From the human T2T-CHM13v2.0 reference genome, Homo sapiens: a stretch of 64,000 nt of DNA. The stretch lies in assembly GCF_009914755.1 (NCBI RefSeq), contig NC_060940.1, one strand, 5' to 3'. The notes beneath the pieces are model-generated. The model ran no database searches and was not told the DNA's origin. It saw only the letters and a list, made by a program, of their open reading frames with translations. Below, one piece after another: positions 30,501 through 45,837 of the stretch (position 1 is the stretch's first letter; each line of letters begins with the position of its first letter). The position numbers and the translations under genes were made by a program.

Positions 30501-33500
30501 GATGATTCCTTTCAAGTTCATTAGATGATTCCATTCGATTCCATTTGATGATGATCCCATTCGAGTCCATTCAGTGATTCCATTCGTTTCCATTCCATGA
30601 TGATTCCATTCCTTTCCATTCAATGATTCCATTCGATTCCGTTTGATGATGATTTCATTCGAGTCCATTTGATGATTCCATTTGATTCCATTCGATGATG
30701 ATTCCATTCGAGTCCATTCGATGATTCTATTCGAATCCATTTGATGATTTCCTTTAATTATATTTGGTGATGATTCCATTGGAGTCCATTCAATGATTCC
30801 ATTCTATTCCAATCGATGATGATTCCATTAGAGTCCATTTAATGATTCCATTTGATTCCAGTCTCTGATGATTACATTCGAGTCCATACGATGATTCCAC
30901 TCAATTCCATATGATGATGATTCCATTTGATTCCATTCGGTGATTCCGTTCTATTCTATTCAATGGTGATTCCATTCGAGTACATTAGATGATTCCATTC
31001 GATTCCATTCAATGATGATTCTATTTGTGTCCCTTAGATGATTCCGCATGATTCCATTAGATGATGATACTATTTGAGCCCATCCAATGATTCCCTTCGA
31101 TTCCATTCGATGAGGATTCCATTCGATTCAATTCATTGGTGATTCTATTCAATTCAATTCTTTGATTCCATTCCATTCCATTCGACAATGATTCCATTCG
31201 ATTTCTTTCGATGATTCCACTCGATTCCACTTGACATTGATTCCATTCGATTCCATTCAATGATTCCGTTTGATTCCAGTGGATGATGATTGCCATCGAT
31301 TCCATTCGATCACTCCATTCTATTCCATTTGATGATGATTACATTCGATTCCATTTGATGATTCCATCTGATTCTATTCGAGGATTCCATTTGATTCCAT
31401 TCGATGATGATTCCATTCGAGTCCATTCGATGATTTCATTCGAGTACATCCAATGATTCCATTCGAGTCCATTAGATGATTCCATTTGATTCCATTTGAA
31501 AATGATTCTACTAGAGTCCATTCAATGACTCCATTCGAGTCCATTCAACAATTCCATTCGACTCCATTCGATGATTCCATTCGATTCCATTTGATGGTTC
31601 CATTCGAGTCCATTTAATCATTACAGTCGAGTCCATTTGGTGATTCCACTGGATTTCTTTTGATAATGATACCATTCAATTACATTTGATGATGATCCCA
31701 TTCAATTTCATTTGATGATGATTCCATTAGAGTCCATTCGATGATTTCATTCGAGTCCCTTCATTGATTCCATCCGATTTCATTGGATGATGACTCCATT
31801 CGAGTCCATTCGATGATTCCACTCGATTCCATTAGATGACTCCATTGGAGTCCATTTGATTGTTCCATTCGATTCCATTCGATTCCTTTCGAAGATTATT
31901 CCATTTGAGTCCATTCGATGATGATTCCATTCCATTCCATTCGATGATTCCGTTTGATTCCATTCGATGATTCCCTTCGATTCCTTTCTTTGATGATTCC
32001 ATTCCATTCCATTCAATGATTCCATTCGAATCTATTCCATGATGATTCCTTTCGATTCCATTCGCTGATGTTTCCGTTCAATTCCATTCGATGATGATTC
32101 CATTCGATTCCATTCATTGAGGATTCCATTTGATTCCATTCAATGATGATTCCATTCTATTCCATTCAATGATTGCATTCAATTCCATTCAATGATTATC
32201 CCCTTAGAGTAAACTCAACGATTCCATTCAATACCATTCGATGATGATTCCTTTTGAGTCCATTCAATGATTTCATTCAAGTCCATTTGATGATTCCTTT
32301 CAATTCCATTCTATGATGATTCCATTCGAGTCCATTCGATGATTCCATTCGATTGCATTCGATGATTCCATTATATTCCATTCAACAGTGATTCCATTCG
32401 AGTCAATTCCATGATTCCATTAGAGTACATTTAATGATTGCTTTGTTTTCAATTCGAAGATGATTACATTGGATTCCATTCTATGATACCATTCGATTCC
32501 ATTCAATGATGATTCCACTCAAATCCATTGGATGATTCCATTCGTGTCCATTCGGTGATTTCATTACATTCCATTCGAGGATGATTCCATTCGATTCCAT
32601 TCGATGATTCCATTCAATTCCATTCGATGATGATTCCATTCCAGTCCATATGATCATTCCATTTGATTTCATTCGATGATGATTCCATTCGATTCGATTC
32701 GACGATTCCATTCTATTCCATTCGATGATGATTCCATTCGAGTCCATTCGATGATTCCATTCGAGTCCATTTAATGATTCCATTGGGTTCAATTCAATGA
32801 TGATTACATTGGATTCCGTTCTATGATTCCATTCAATTCCGTTCATTGACAATTTGATTCCATTCGATGATGATTCCATTTGAGTTCATTCGATGATTCT
32901 ATTCGATTCTCTTCGATGGTGATTCAATTCTATTATATTGGATGATTCCATTCGATTCCATTTGATGTTGATTCAATTCGATTCTATTCGATGATGATTC
33001 CATTGGATTTCACTTGATGATTCTATTCGATTCCATTCAATGATGATTCACTTCTCGTCCATTGGATGATTCCATTTCATTCCATTCGATGATGATTCCA
33101 TTCGATTCCATTCGATGATTCCATTTGATTCCATGCGACGGTGAGCAATTCGATTCAATTCCATGATGATTCTATTTGATTCAATTAGATGATGTTTCCA
33201 TTCGAATCCATTCCATGATTATTCCATTGGAATCCATTCGGCGATGATTCCATATGAGTCAATTCAATGATGATTCCATATGGGTCCGTTCGATGATAAT
33301 TCCATTTGATTTCATTCGATGCTTCTATTCTATTCCAGTCGATGATGATTCCGTTGGAGTCCATACGATGATTCCATTTGATTTCATTTGATGATGATTC
33401 CATTCGATGATGATTACATTGGATTCCATTCTATGATTCCATTCAATTCCATTCGTTGATGATTCGATTCCATTCAATGATGATTCCATTTGAGTTCATT

Positions 33501-33685
33501 CGATGATTCTATTCGATTCCGTTCGATGGTGATTCAATTCTATTATATTGGATGATTCCACTCGATTCCATTTGATGATTATTCCATTGGAGTCCACTTA
33601 GTGAATCCTTTAGATTCTACTCGACGATGATTCCATTCGAGTCCATTCGATGATACCATTCAATTCCATTCGTTGATGCTTCCAT
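27574..33685 (+). repeat. HOR unit 6, full-length 6112 bp
   Basis: Landmark spacing 27574->33686 = 6112. Confidence 0.95.
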
Positions 33686-36600
33686 TCAAGTGCATTCGAT
33701 GATATCATTCGATTCCATTTGATGATAATTCCATTTGATTCCATGCGATGATTCTATTCGATTCCATTCAATGATAATTCCATTCAATTCAGTGATTCCT
33801 CTGGACTCCATTTGATGATGATTCCATTCAATGATTCCATTCGATTCTATTCGAAAATGATTCCATTTGAATCCATTTGATGATGATTCCATTAGATTCC
33901 ATTTGATGATTCCATTCGATTCCATTCGACGATGATTCCATTCCATTCCGTTTGATGATTCCATTCTATTCTATTCGATGATGATTCCATTCGATTCCAT
34001 TCGATGATGATTGGATTCGATTCCATTGGATGATTTCATTTGATTCCATTCGTTAATGATTTCGATCAATTCCATTCGATGATTCCATTCGATTCCATTC
34101 GATAATGATTACATCCGAGTCCATTCGATGATTCCCTTTGAGCCTGTTCGATAATTCCATTTGAGTCCAACCAATGATTCCATTCATTTCCATTCAATGA
34201 TTCCATTCGAGTCCATTTGATCATTCCGGTAGGGTCCATTCGATGTTGATTCCATTGGAGTGCATTCGATGATTCCATTCGAGTCCATTTTAGGATTTGA
34301 TTCGAGTCCTTTCGATGATTCCATTCGATTCCACTCGATGATGATTTCATTCGAGTCCATTCGACACTTCCAATCGATTCCATTTGATGATTCCATTCGA
34401 GTCCAATTGATGATTCCATTCAATTCCATTCGATGATGATTCCGTACGATTCCATTCTGTGATGATTCCATGTGATTGCATTCAATGATGATTCCTTTCG
34501 ATTGCATTCGATTATGATTCATTTCGTGTTCATTCTATGGTTCCACAGGTTTCCATTCGTGTCCATTCCATTATTCCATTCTATTCCATTTGATGATGAT
34601 TCCATTCGATTCCATTCATTGGTGATTCCACTCAATTCCATTCAATGATTCCATTCCATTTCTTTCAACAATGATTCCATTAGTTTCTAATCGATGATCC
34701 ACTTGATTCCATTTGACGACGATTCCATTCTTGTCCATTCGATGATTCCATTTGATTCCATATGATGATGATTCCATTCGATTCCATACCATGATGATTC
34801 CATTCGAGTCCATTCAATGGTGATTCCATTCAATTCCATTCGATGATTCCTTTTGATTCCATTCGATGATGATGGCATTCGATTCCTTTCAATCATTCCC
34901 TTTGATTCCATTCAAAGGTGATTTCATTCAAGTCCATTCGATAATTGCATTCGATTCCATTCTATGATGATTCCATTCGAGTCCATTTGATGATTCCATT
35001 CAATTCAAGTCAATGATGATTCCATTCGATTCCATTCGATGATTCCATTGGATTCCATTCGATGATGATTCCATTCAAATCCATTCCATAATTCAATTCA
35101 AGTCCATTCGATGATGATTCCAATCGAATCCATTCAAAGATTCCATTCAGTTCCATTCGATGATTCCCTTAGATTCCATTCGATGATTCCACTTGATTGC
35201 ATTTACGATGATTCCATTCGATTCCATGTGATGATTCCATTCAATTCTATTCAATGATGTCTCCATTTGATTCCATTCGACCATGATTGCCTTTGATTCC
35301 ATTCAATGATTCCATTCGGTTCCGTTTGATGATGATTCCGTTCGATTCCATTTGATGATTCCATTTGATTCCATTGGATGAGTCCATTCGATTACATTCG
35401 ATGATTATTCCATTCGAGTGCATTAGATGATTCCATTCGAGTCCATTCGATGATTCCATTCGATTCCATTCGATGTTGATTCTGTTCAAATCCATTCGAT
35501 GATTCCACTCGATTCCATTCGTTGACTCCATTTGATCCCATTCGATGATTTCCTTTGATTCCCTTTGATGATCATTCCATTTGATTCAATTCGGTGATTT
35601 CATTTGATTCCATTCAGTGATGTTTCCATTCGACTCCATTCGATGATGATTCCATTCGACTCCATTCGATTATGATTTCATTCAATTCCATTCGATAATG
35701 ATTCCCTTCGAGTCCATTCGATGATTCCATTCGATTCCATTCAACGATGATTTGATTCGTGTCCATTCGATGATTCCATTTGATTCCACTTGATGATGAT
35801 TCCATTCGAGTCCATTTGATGATTCCATTCAATTCCATACTCCGATGATTTCTTTTGAGCCCACTCAATGCTTCCACTCGATTCCATATGATGATGACTC
35901 CATTCGATGAAATTCGATGATGATTCCATTCGCTTGCTTTCGATGATGATTCCACTTGAGTCCGTTAGAAGATTCTATTCAATTACATTCCATGACGATT
36001 CCGTTCGAGTCCATTTGATGATTCCATTAGACTCCATTCGACGATGATTCCATTCGATGTTATTCGATGATTCCATTCGATCTCATTCGATGATGATTCC
36101 ATTCAACTCCATTCGATGTTTCCATTCGAGTTCATTCTATTATTCCATTAGATTCCATTCGATGATGATTCCATTCGATTCCATTTGATGATTGCATTCT
36201 ATTTCATTTGATGATGATTCCATTCGAGTCCACTCGATGATTCCATTCGAGTCCATTTAATGAATCCATTGGTTTCAATTCTATGATGATTACATTGGAT
36301 TCCATTCGTTGATGATTTCATTCGGTTCCATTCAATGATGATTCCATTCAATTCCTTTCAATGTTTCCATTCAATTCCATACGATGATGATTCCATTTGA
36401 TTTGATTCGACAGTGAGCCATTCGATTCAATTCCATGACGATTCTATTTGATTCAATTGGTTGACATTTCCATTCGATTCCATTCGATGATGATTCCCTT
36501 TGATTCCGTTCAAAGATGATTCCATTCTAGCCCATTCAATCATTCCATTCGATTCTATTCAATGATGATTCCATTCATGTCGATTTGGTGATTCCATTTG

Positions 36601-39600
36601 ACTTCATTTGATGATGATTCCTTTCAAGTTCATTAGATGATTCCATTCGATTCCATTTGATGATGATCCCATTCGAGTCCATTCAGTGATTCCATTCGTT
36701 TCCATTCCATGATGATTCCATTCCTTTCCATTCAATGATTCCATTCGATTCCGTTTGATGATGATTTCATTCGAGTCCATTTGATGATTCCATTTGATTC
36801 CATTCGATGATGATTCCATTCGAGTCCATTCGATGATTCTATTCGAATCCATTTGATGATTTCTTTTGATTATATTTGGTGATGATTCCATTGGAGTCCA
36901 TTCAATGATTCCATTCTATTCCAATCGATGATGATTCCATTAGAGTCCATTTAATGATTCCATTTGATTCCAGTCTCTGATGATTACATTCGAGTCCATA
37001 CGATGATTCCACTCAATTCCATATGATGATGATTCCATTTGATTCCATTCGGTGATTCCATTCTATTCTATTCAATGGTGATTCCATTCGAGTACATTAG
37101 ATGATTCCATTCGATTCCATTCAATGATGATTCTATTTGTGTCCCTTAGATGATTCCACATGATTCCATTAGATGATGATACTATTTGAGCCCATCCAAT
37201 GATTCCCTTCGATTCCATTCGATGAGGATTCCATTCGATTCAATTCATTGGTGATTCTATTCAATTCAATTCTTTGATTCCATTCCATTCCATTCGACAA
37301 TGATTCCATTCGATTTCTTTCGATGATTCCACTCGATTCCACTTGACATTGATTCCATTCGATTCCATTCAATGATTCCATTTGATTCCAGTGGATGATG
37401 ATTGCCATCGATTCCATTCGATCACTCCATTCTATTCCATTTGATGATGATTACATTCGATTCCATTTGATGATTCCATCTGATTCTATTCGAGGATTCC
37501 ATTTGATTCCATTCGATGATGATTCCATTCGAGTCCATTCGATGATTTCATTCGAGTACATCCAATGATTCCATTCGAGTCCATTAGATGATTCCATTTG
37601 ATTCCATTTGAAAATGATTCTACTAGAGTCCATTCAATGACTCCATTCGAGTCCATTCAACAATTCCATTCGACTCCATTCGATGATTCCATTCGATTCC
37701 ATTTGATGGTTCCATTCGAGTCCATTTAATCATTACAGTCGAGTCCATTTGGTGATTCCACTGGATTTCTTTTGATAATGATACCATTCAATTACATTTG
37801 ATGATGATCCCATTCAATTTCATTTGATGATGATTCCATTAGAGTCCATTCGATGATTTCATTCGAGTCCCTTCATTGATTCCATCCGATTTCATTGGAT
37901 GATGACTCCATTCGAGTCCATTCGATGATTCCACTCGATTCCATTAGATGACTCCATTGGAGTCCATTTGATTGTTCCATTCGATTCCATTCGATTCCTT
38001 TCGAAGATTATTCCATTTGAGTCCATTCGATGATGATTCCATTCCATTCCATTCGATGATTCCGTTTGATTCCATTCGATGATTCCCTTCGATTCCTTTC
38101 TTTGATGATTCCATTCCATTCCATTCAATGATTCCATTCGAATCTATTCCATGATGATTCCTTTCGATTCCATTCGCTGATGTTTCCGTTCAATTCCATT
38201 CGATGATGATTCCATTCGATTCCATTCATTGAGGATTCCATTTGATTCCATTCAATGATGATTCCATTCTATTCCATTCAATGATTGCATTCAATTCCAT
38301 TCAATGATTATCCCCTTAGAGTAAACTCAACGATTCCATTCAATACCATTCGATGATGATTCCTTTTGAGTCCATTCAATGATTTCATTCAAGTCCATTT
38401 GATGATTCCTTTCAATTCCATTCTATGATGATTCCATTCGAGTCCATTCGATGATTCCATTCGATTGCATTCGATGATTCCATTATATTCCATTCAACAG
38501 TGATTCCATTCGAGTCAATTCCATGATTCCATTAGAGTACATTTAATGATTGCTTTGTTTTCAATTCGAAGATGATTACATTGGATTCCATTCTATGATA
38601 CCATTCGATTCCATTCAATGATGATTCCACTCAAATCCATTGGATGATTCCATTCGTGTCCATTCGGTGATTTCATTACATTCCATTCGAGGATGATTCC
38701 ATTCGATTCCATTCGATGATTCCATTCAATTCCATTCGATGATGATTCCATTCCAGTCCATATGATCATTCCATTTGATTACATTCGATGATGATTCCAT
38801 TCGTTTCGATTCGACGATTCCATTCTATTCCATTCGATGATGATTCCATTCGAGTCCATTCGATGATTCCATTCGAGTCCATTTAATGATTCCATTGGGT
38901 TCAATTCAATGATGATTACATTGGATTCCGTTCTATGATTCCATTCAATTCCGTTCATTGACAATTTGATTCCATTCGATGATGATTCCATTTGAGTTCA
39001 TTCGATGATTCTATTCGATTCTCTTCGATGGTGATTCAATTCTATTATATTGGATGATTCCATTCGATTCCATTTGATGTTGATTCAATTCGATTCTATT
39101 CGATGATGATTCCATTGGATTTCACTTGATGATTCTATTCGATTCCATTCAATGATGATTCACTTCTCGTCCATTGGATGATTCCATTTCATTCCATTCG
39201 ATGATGATTCCATTCGATTCCATTCGATGATTCCATTTGATTCCATTCGACGGTGAGCAATTCGATTCAATTCCATGATGATTCTATTTGATTCAATTAG
39301 ATGATGTTTCCATTCGAATCCATTCCATGATTATTCCATTGGAATCCATTCGGCGATGATTCCATATGAGTCAATTCAATGATGATTCCATATGGGTCCG
39401 TTCGATGATAATTCCATTTGATTTCATTCGATGCTTCTATTCTATTCCAGTCGATGATGATTCCGTTGGAGTCCATACGATGATTCCATTTGATTTCATT
39501 TGATGATGATTCCATTCGATGATGATTACATTGGATTCCATTCTATGATTCCATTCAATTCCATTCGTTGATGATTCGATTCCATTCAATGATGATTCCA

Positions 39601-39797
39601 TTTGAGTTCATTCGATGATTCTATTCGATTCCGTTCGATGGTGATTCAATTCTATTATATTGGATGATTCCACTCGATTCCATTTGATGATTATTCCATT
39701 GGAGTCCACTTAGTGAATCCTTTAGATTCTACTCGACGATGATTCCATTCGAGTCCATTCGATGATACCATTCAATTCCATTCGTTGATGCTTCCAT
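33686..39797 (+). repeat. HOR unit 7, full-length 6112 bp
   Basis: Landmark spacing 33686->39798 = 6112. Confidence 0.95.
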
Positions 39798-42700
39798 TCA
39801 AGTGCATTCGATGATATCATTCGATTCCATTTGATGATAATTCCATTTGATTCCATGCGATGATTCTATTCGATTCCATTCAATGATAATTCCATTCAAT
39901 TCAGTGATTCCTCTGGACTCCATTTGATGATGATTCCATTCAATGATTCCATTCGATTCTATTCGAAAATGATTCCATTTGAATCCATTTGATGATGATT
40001 CCATTAGATTCCATTTGATGATTCCATTCGATTCCATTCGACGATGATTCCATTCGATTCCGTTTGATGATTCCATTCTATTCTATTCGATGATGATTCC
40101 ATTCGATTCCATTCGATGATGATTGGATTCGATTCCATTGGATGATTTCATTTGATTCCATTCGTTAATGATTTCGATCAATTCCATTCGATGATTCCAT
40201 TCGATTCCATTCGATAATGATTACATCCGAGTCCATTCGATGATTCCCTTTGAGCCTGTTCGATAATTCCATTTGAGTCCAACCAATGATTCCATTCATT
40301 TCCATTCAATGATTCCATTCGAGTCCATTTGATCATTCCGGTAGGGTCCATTCGATGTTGATTCCATTGGAGTGCATTCGATGATTCCATTCGAGTCCAT
40401 TTTACGATTTGATTCGAGTCCTTTCGATGATTCCATTCGATTCCACTCGATGATGATTTCATTCGAGTCCATTCGACACTTCCAATCGATTCCATTTGAT
40501 GATTCCATTCGATTCCAATTGATGATTCCATTCAATTCCATTCGATGATGATTCCGTACGATTCCATTCTGTGATGATTCCATGTGATTGCATTCAATGA
40601 TGATTCCTTTCGATTGCATTCGATTATGATTCATTTCGTGTTCATTCTATGGTTCCACAGGTTTCCATTCGTGTCCATTCCATTATTCCATTCTATTCCA
40701 TTTGATGATGATTCCATTCGATTCCATTCATTGGTGATTCCACTCAATTCCATTCAATGATTCCATTCCATTTCTTTCAACAATGATTCCATTAGTTTCT
40801 AATCGATGATCCACTTGATTCCATTTGACGACGATTCCATTCTTGTCCATTCGATGATTCCATTTGATTCCATATGATGATGATTCCATTCGATTCCATA
40901 CCATGATGATTCCATTCGAGTCCATTCAATGGTGATTCCATTCAATTCCATTCGATGATTCCTTTTGATTCCATTCGATGATGATGGCATTCGATTCCTT
41001 TCAATCATTCCCTTTGATTCCATTCAAAGGTGATTTCATTCAAGTCCATTCGATAATTGCATTCGATTCCATTCTATGATGATTCCATTCGAGTCCATTT
41101 GATGATTCCATTCAATTCAAGTCAATGATGATTCCATTCGATTCCATTCGATGATTCCATTGGATTCCATTCGATGATGATTCCATTCAAATCCATTCGA
41201 TAATTCAATTCAAGTCCATTCGATGATGATTCCAATCGAATCCATTCAAAGATTCCATTCAGTTCCATTCGATGATTCCCTTAGATTCCATTCGATGATT
41301 CCACTTGATTGCATTTACGATGATTCCATTCGATTCCATGTGATGATTCCATTCAATTCTATTCAATGATGTCTCCATTTGATTCCATTCGACCATGATT
41401 GCCTTTGATTCCATTCAATGATTCCATTCGGTTCCGTTTGATGATGATTCCGTTCGATTCCATTTGATGATTCCATTTGATTCCATTGGATGAGTCCATT
41501 CGATTACATTCGATGATTATTCCATTCGAGTGCATTAGATGATTCCATTCGAGTCCATTCGATGATTCCACTCGATTCCATTCGTTGACTCCATTTGATC
41601 CCATTCGATGATTTCCTTTGATTCCCTTTGATGATCATTCCATTTGATTCAATTCGGTGATTTCATTTGATTCCATTCAGTGATGTTTCCATTCGACTCC
41701 ATTCGATGATGATTCCATTCGACTCCATTCGATTATGATTTCATTCAATTCCATTCGATAATGATTCCCTTCGAGTCCATTCGATGATTCCATTCGATTC
41801 CATTCAACGATGATTTGATTCGTGTCCATTCGATGATTCCATTTGATTCCACTTGATGATGATTCCATTCGAGTCCATTTGATGATTCCATTCAATTCCA
41901 TACTCCGATGATTTCTTTTGAGCCCACTCAATGCTTCCACTCGATTCCATATGATGATGACTCCATTCGATGAAATTCGATGATGATTCCATTCGCTTGC
42001 TTTCGATGATGATTCCACTTGAGTCCGTTAGAAGATTCTATTCAATTACATTCCAGGACGATTCCGTTCGAGTCCATTTGATGATTCCATTAGACTCCAT
42101 TCGACGATGATTCCATTCGATGTTATTCGATGATTCCATTCGATCTCATTCGATGATGATTCCATTCAACTCCATTCGATGTTTCCATTCGAGTTCATTC
42201 TATTATTCCATTAGATTCCATTCGATGATGATTCCATTCGATTCCATTTGATGATTGCATTCTATTTCATTTGATGATGATTCCATTCGAGTCCACTCGA
42301 TGATTCCATTCGAGTCCATTTAATGAATCCATTGGTTTCAATTCTATGATGATTACATTGGATTCCATTCGTTGATGATTTCATTCGGTTCCATTCAATG
42401 ATGATTCCATTCAATTCCTTTCAATGTTTCCATTCAATTCCATACGATGATGATTCCATTTGATTTGATTCGACAGTGAGCCATTCGATTCAATTCCATG
42501 ATGATTCTATTTGATTCAATTGGTTGACATTTCCATTCGATTCCATTCGATGATGATTCCCTTTGATTCCGTTCAAAGATGATTCCATTCTAGCCCATTC
42601 AATCATTCCATTCGATTCTATTCAATGATGATTCCATTCATGTCGATTTGGTGATTCCATTTGACTTCATTTGATGATGATTCCTTTCAAGTTCATTAGA

Positions 42701-45700
42701 TGATTCCATTCGATTCCATTTGATGATGATCCCATTCGAGTCCATTCAGTGATTCCATTCGTTTCCATTCCATGATGATTCCATTCCTTTCCATTCAATG
42801 ATTCCATTCGATTCCGTTTGATGATGATTTCATTCGAGTCCATTTGATGATTCCATTTGATTCCATTCGATGATGATTCCATTCGAGTCCATTCGATGAT
42901 TCTATTCGAATCCATTTGATGATTTCTTTTGATTATATTTGGTGATGATTCCATTGGAGTCCATTCAATGATTCCATTCTATTCCAATCGATGATGATTC
43001 CATTAGAGTCCATTTAATGATTCCATTTGATTCCAGTCTCTGATGATTACATTCGAGTCCATACGATGATTCCACTCAATTCCATATGATGATGATTCCA
43101 TTTGATTCCATTCGGTGATTCCGTTCTATTCTATTCAATGGTGATTCCATTCGAGTACATTAGATGATTCCATTCGATTCCATTCAATGATGATTCTATT
43201 TGTGTCCCTTAGATGATTCCACATGATTCCATTAGATGATGATACTATTTGAGCCCATCCAATGATTCCCTTCGATTCCATTCGATGAGGATTCCATTCG
43301 ATTCAATTCATTGGTGATTCTATTCAATTCAATTCTTTGATTCCATTCCATTCCATTCGACAATGATTCCATTCGATTTCTTTCGATGATTCCACTCGAT
43401 TCCACTTGACATTGATTCCATTCGATTCCATTCAATGATTCCATTTGATTCCAGTGGATGATGATTGCCATCGATTCCATTCGATCACTCCATTCTATTC
43501 CATTTGATGATGATTACATTCGATTCCATTTGATGATTCCATCTGATTCTATTCGAGGATTCCATTTGATTCCATTCGATAATGATTCCATTCGAGTCCA
43601 TTCGATGATTTCATTCGAGTACATCCAATGATTCCATTCGAGTCCATTAGATGATTCCATTTGATTCCATTTGAAAATGATTCTACTAGAGTCCATTCAA
43701 TGACTCCATTCGAGTCCATTCAACAATTCCATTCGACTCCATTCGATGATTCCATTCGATTCCATTTGATGGTTCCATTCGAGTCCATTTGGTGATTCCA
43801 CCGGATTTCTTTTGATAATGATATCATTCAATTACATTTGATGATGATCCCATTCAATTTCATTTGATGATGACTCCATTAGAGTCCATTCGATGATTTC
43901 ATTCGAGTCCCTTCATTGATTCCATCCGATTTCATTGGATGATGACTCCATTCGAGTCCATTCGATGATTCCACTCGATTCCATTAGATGATTCCATTGG
44001 AGTCCATTTGATTGTTCCATTCGATTCCATTCGATTCCTTTCGAAGATTATTCCATTTGAGTCCATTCGATGATGATTCCATTCCATTCCATTCGATGAT
44101 TCCGTTTGATTCCATTCGATGATTCCCTTTGATTCCTTTCTTTGATGATTCCATTCCATTCCATTCAATGATTCCATTCGAATCTATTCCATGATGATTC
44201 CTTTCGATTCCATTCGCTGATGTTTCCGTTCAATTCCATTCGGTGATGATTCCATTCGATTCCATTCATTGAGGATTCCATTTGATTCCATTCAATGATG
44301 ATTCCATTCTATTCCATTCAATGATTGCATTCAATTCCATTCAATGATTATCCCCTTAGAGTAAACTCAACGATTCCATTCAATACCATTCGATGATGAT
44401 TCCTTTTGAGTCCATTCAATGATTTCATTCAAGTCCATTTGATGATTCCTTTCAATTCCATTCTATGATGATTCCATTCGAGTCCATTCGATGATTCCAT
44501 TCGATTGCATTCGATTATTCCATTATATTCCAGTCAATGATGATTCCATTCGAGTCCATTCGATGATTCCATTAGAGTACATTTAATGATTGCTTTGTTT
44601 TCAATTCGAAGATGATTACATTGGATTCCATTCTATGATACCATTCGATTCCATTCAATGATGATTCCACTCAAATCCATTGGATGATTCCATTCGTGTC
44701 CATTCGGTGATTTCATTAGATTCCATTCGAGGATGATTCCATTCGATTCCATTCGATGATTCCATTCAATTCCATTCGATGAAGATTCCATTCCAGTCCA
44801 TATGATCATTCCATTTGATTTCATTCGATGATGATTCCATTCGATTCCATTCGATGATTCCATTCTATTCCATTCGATGATGATTCCATTGGAGTCCATT
44901 CGATGATTGCATTCGAGTCCATTTAATGATTCCATTGGGTTCAATTCAATGATGATTACATTGGATTCCGTTCTATGATTCCATTCAATTCCGTTCATTG
45001 ACAATTTGATTCCATTCGATGATGATTCCGTTTGAGTTCATTCGATGATTCTATTCGATTCTCTTCGATGGTGATTCAATTCTATTATATTGGATGATTC
45101 CATTCGATTCCATTTGATGTTGATTCAATTCGATTCTATTCGATGATGATTCCATTGGATTTCACTTGATGATTCTATTCGATTCCATTCAATGATGATT
45201 CACTTCTCGTCCATTGGATGATTCCATTTCATTCCATTCGATGATGATTCCATTCGATTCCATTCGATGATTCCATTTGATTCCATGCGACGGTGAGCAA
45301 CTCGATTCAATTCCATGATGATTCTATTTGATTCAATTAGATGATGTTTCCATTCGAATCCATTCCATGATTATTCCATTGGAATCCATTTGGTGATGAT
45401 TCCATATGAGTCAATTCAATGATGATTCCATATGGGTCCGTTCGATGATAATTCCATTTGATTTCATTCGATGCTTCTATTCTATTCCAGTCGATGATGA
45501 TTCCGTTGGAGTCCATACGATGATTCCATTTGATTTCATTTGATGATGATTCCATTCGATGATGATTACATTGGATTCCATTCTATGATTCCATTCAATT
45601 CCATTCGTTGATGATTCGATTCCATTCAATGATGATTCCATTTGAGTTCATTCGATGATTCTATTCGATTCCGTTCGATGGTGATTCAATTCTCTTATAT

Positions 45701-45837
45701 TGGATGAATCCACTCGATTCCATTTGATGATTATTCCATTGGAGTCCACTTAGTGAATCCTTTAGATTCTACTCGAAGATGATTCCATTCGAGTCCATTC
45801 AATGATACCATTCAATTTCATTCGTTGATGCTTCCAT
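39798..45837 (+). repeat. HOR unit 8, 6040 bp (49-bp and 23-bp deletions; haplotype chimera)
   Basis: Spacing 6040 = 6112-49-23; deletions near 41560 and 43785. Confidence 0.92.
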
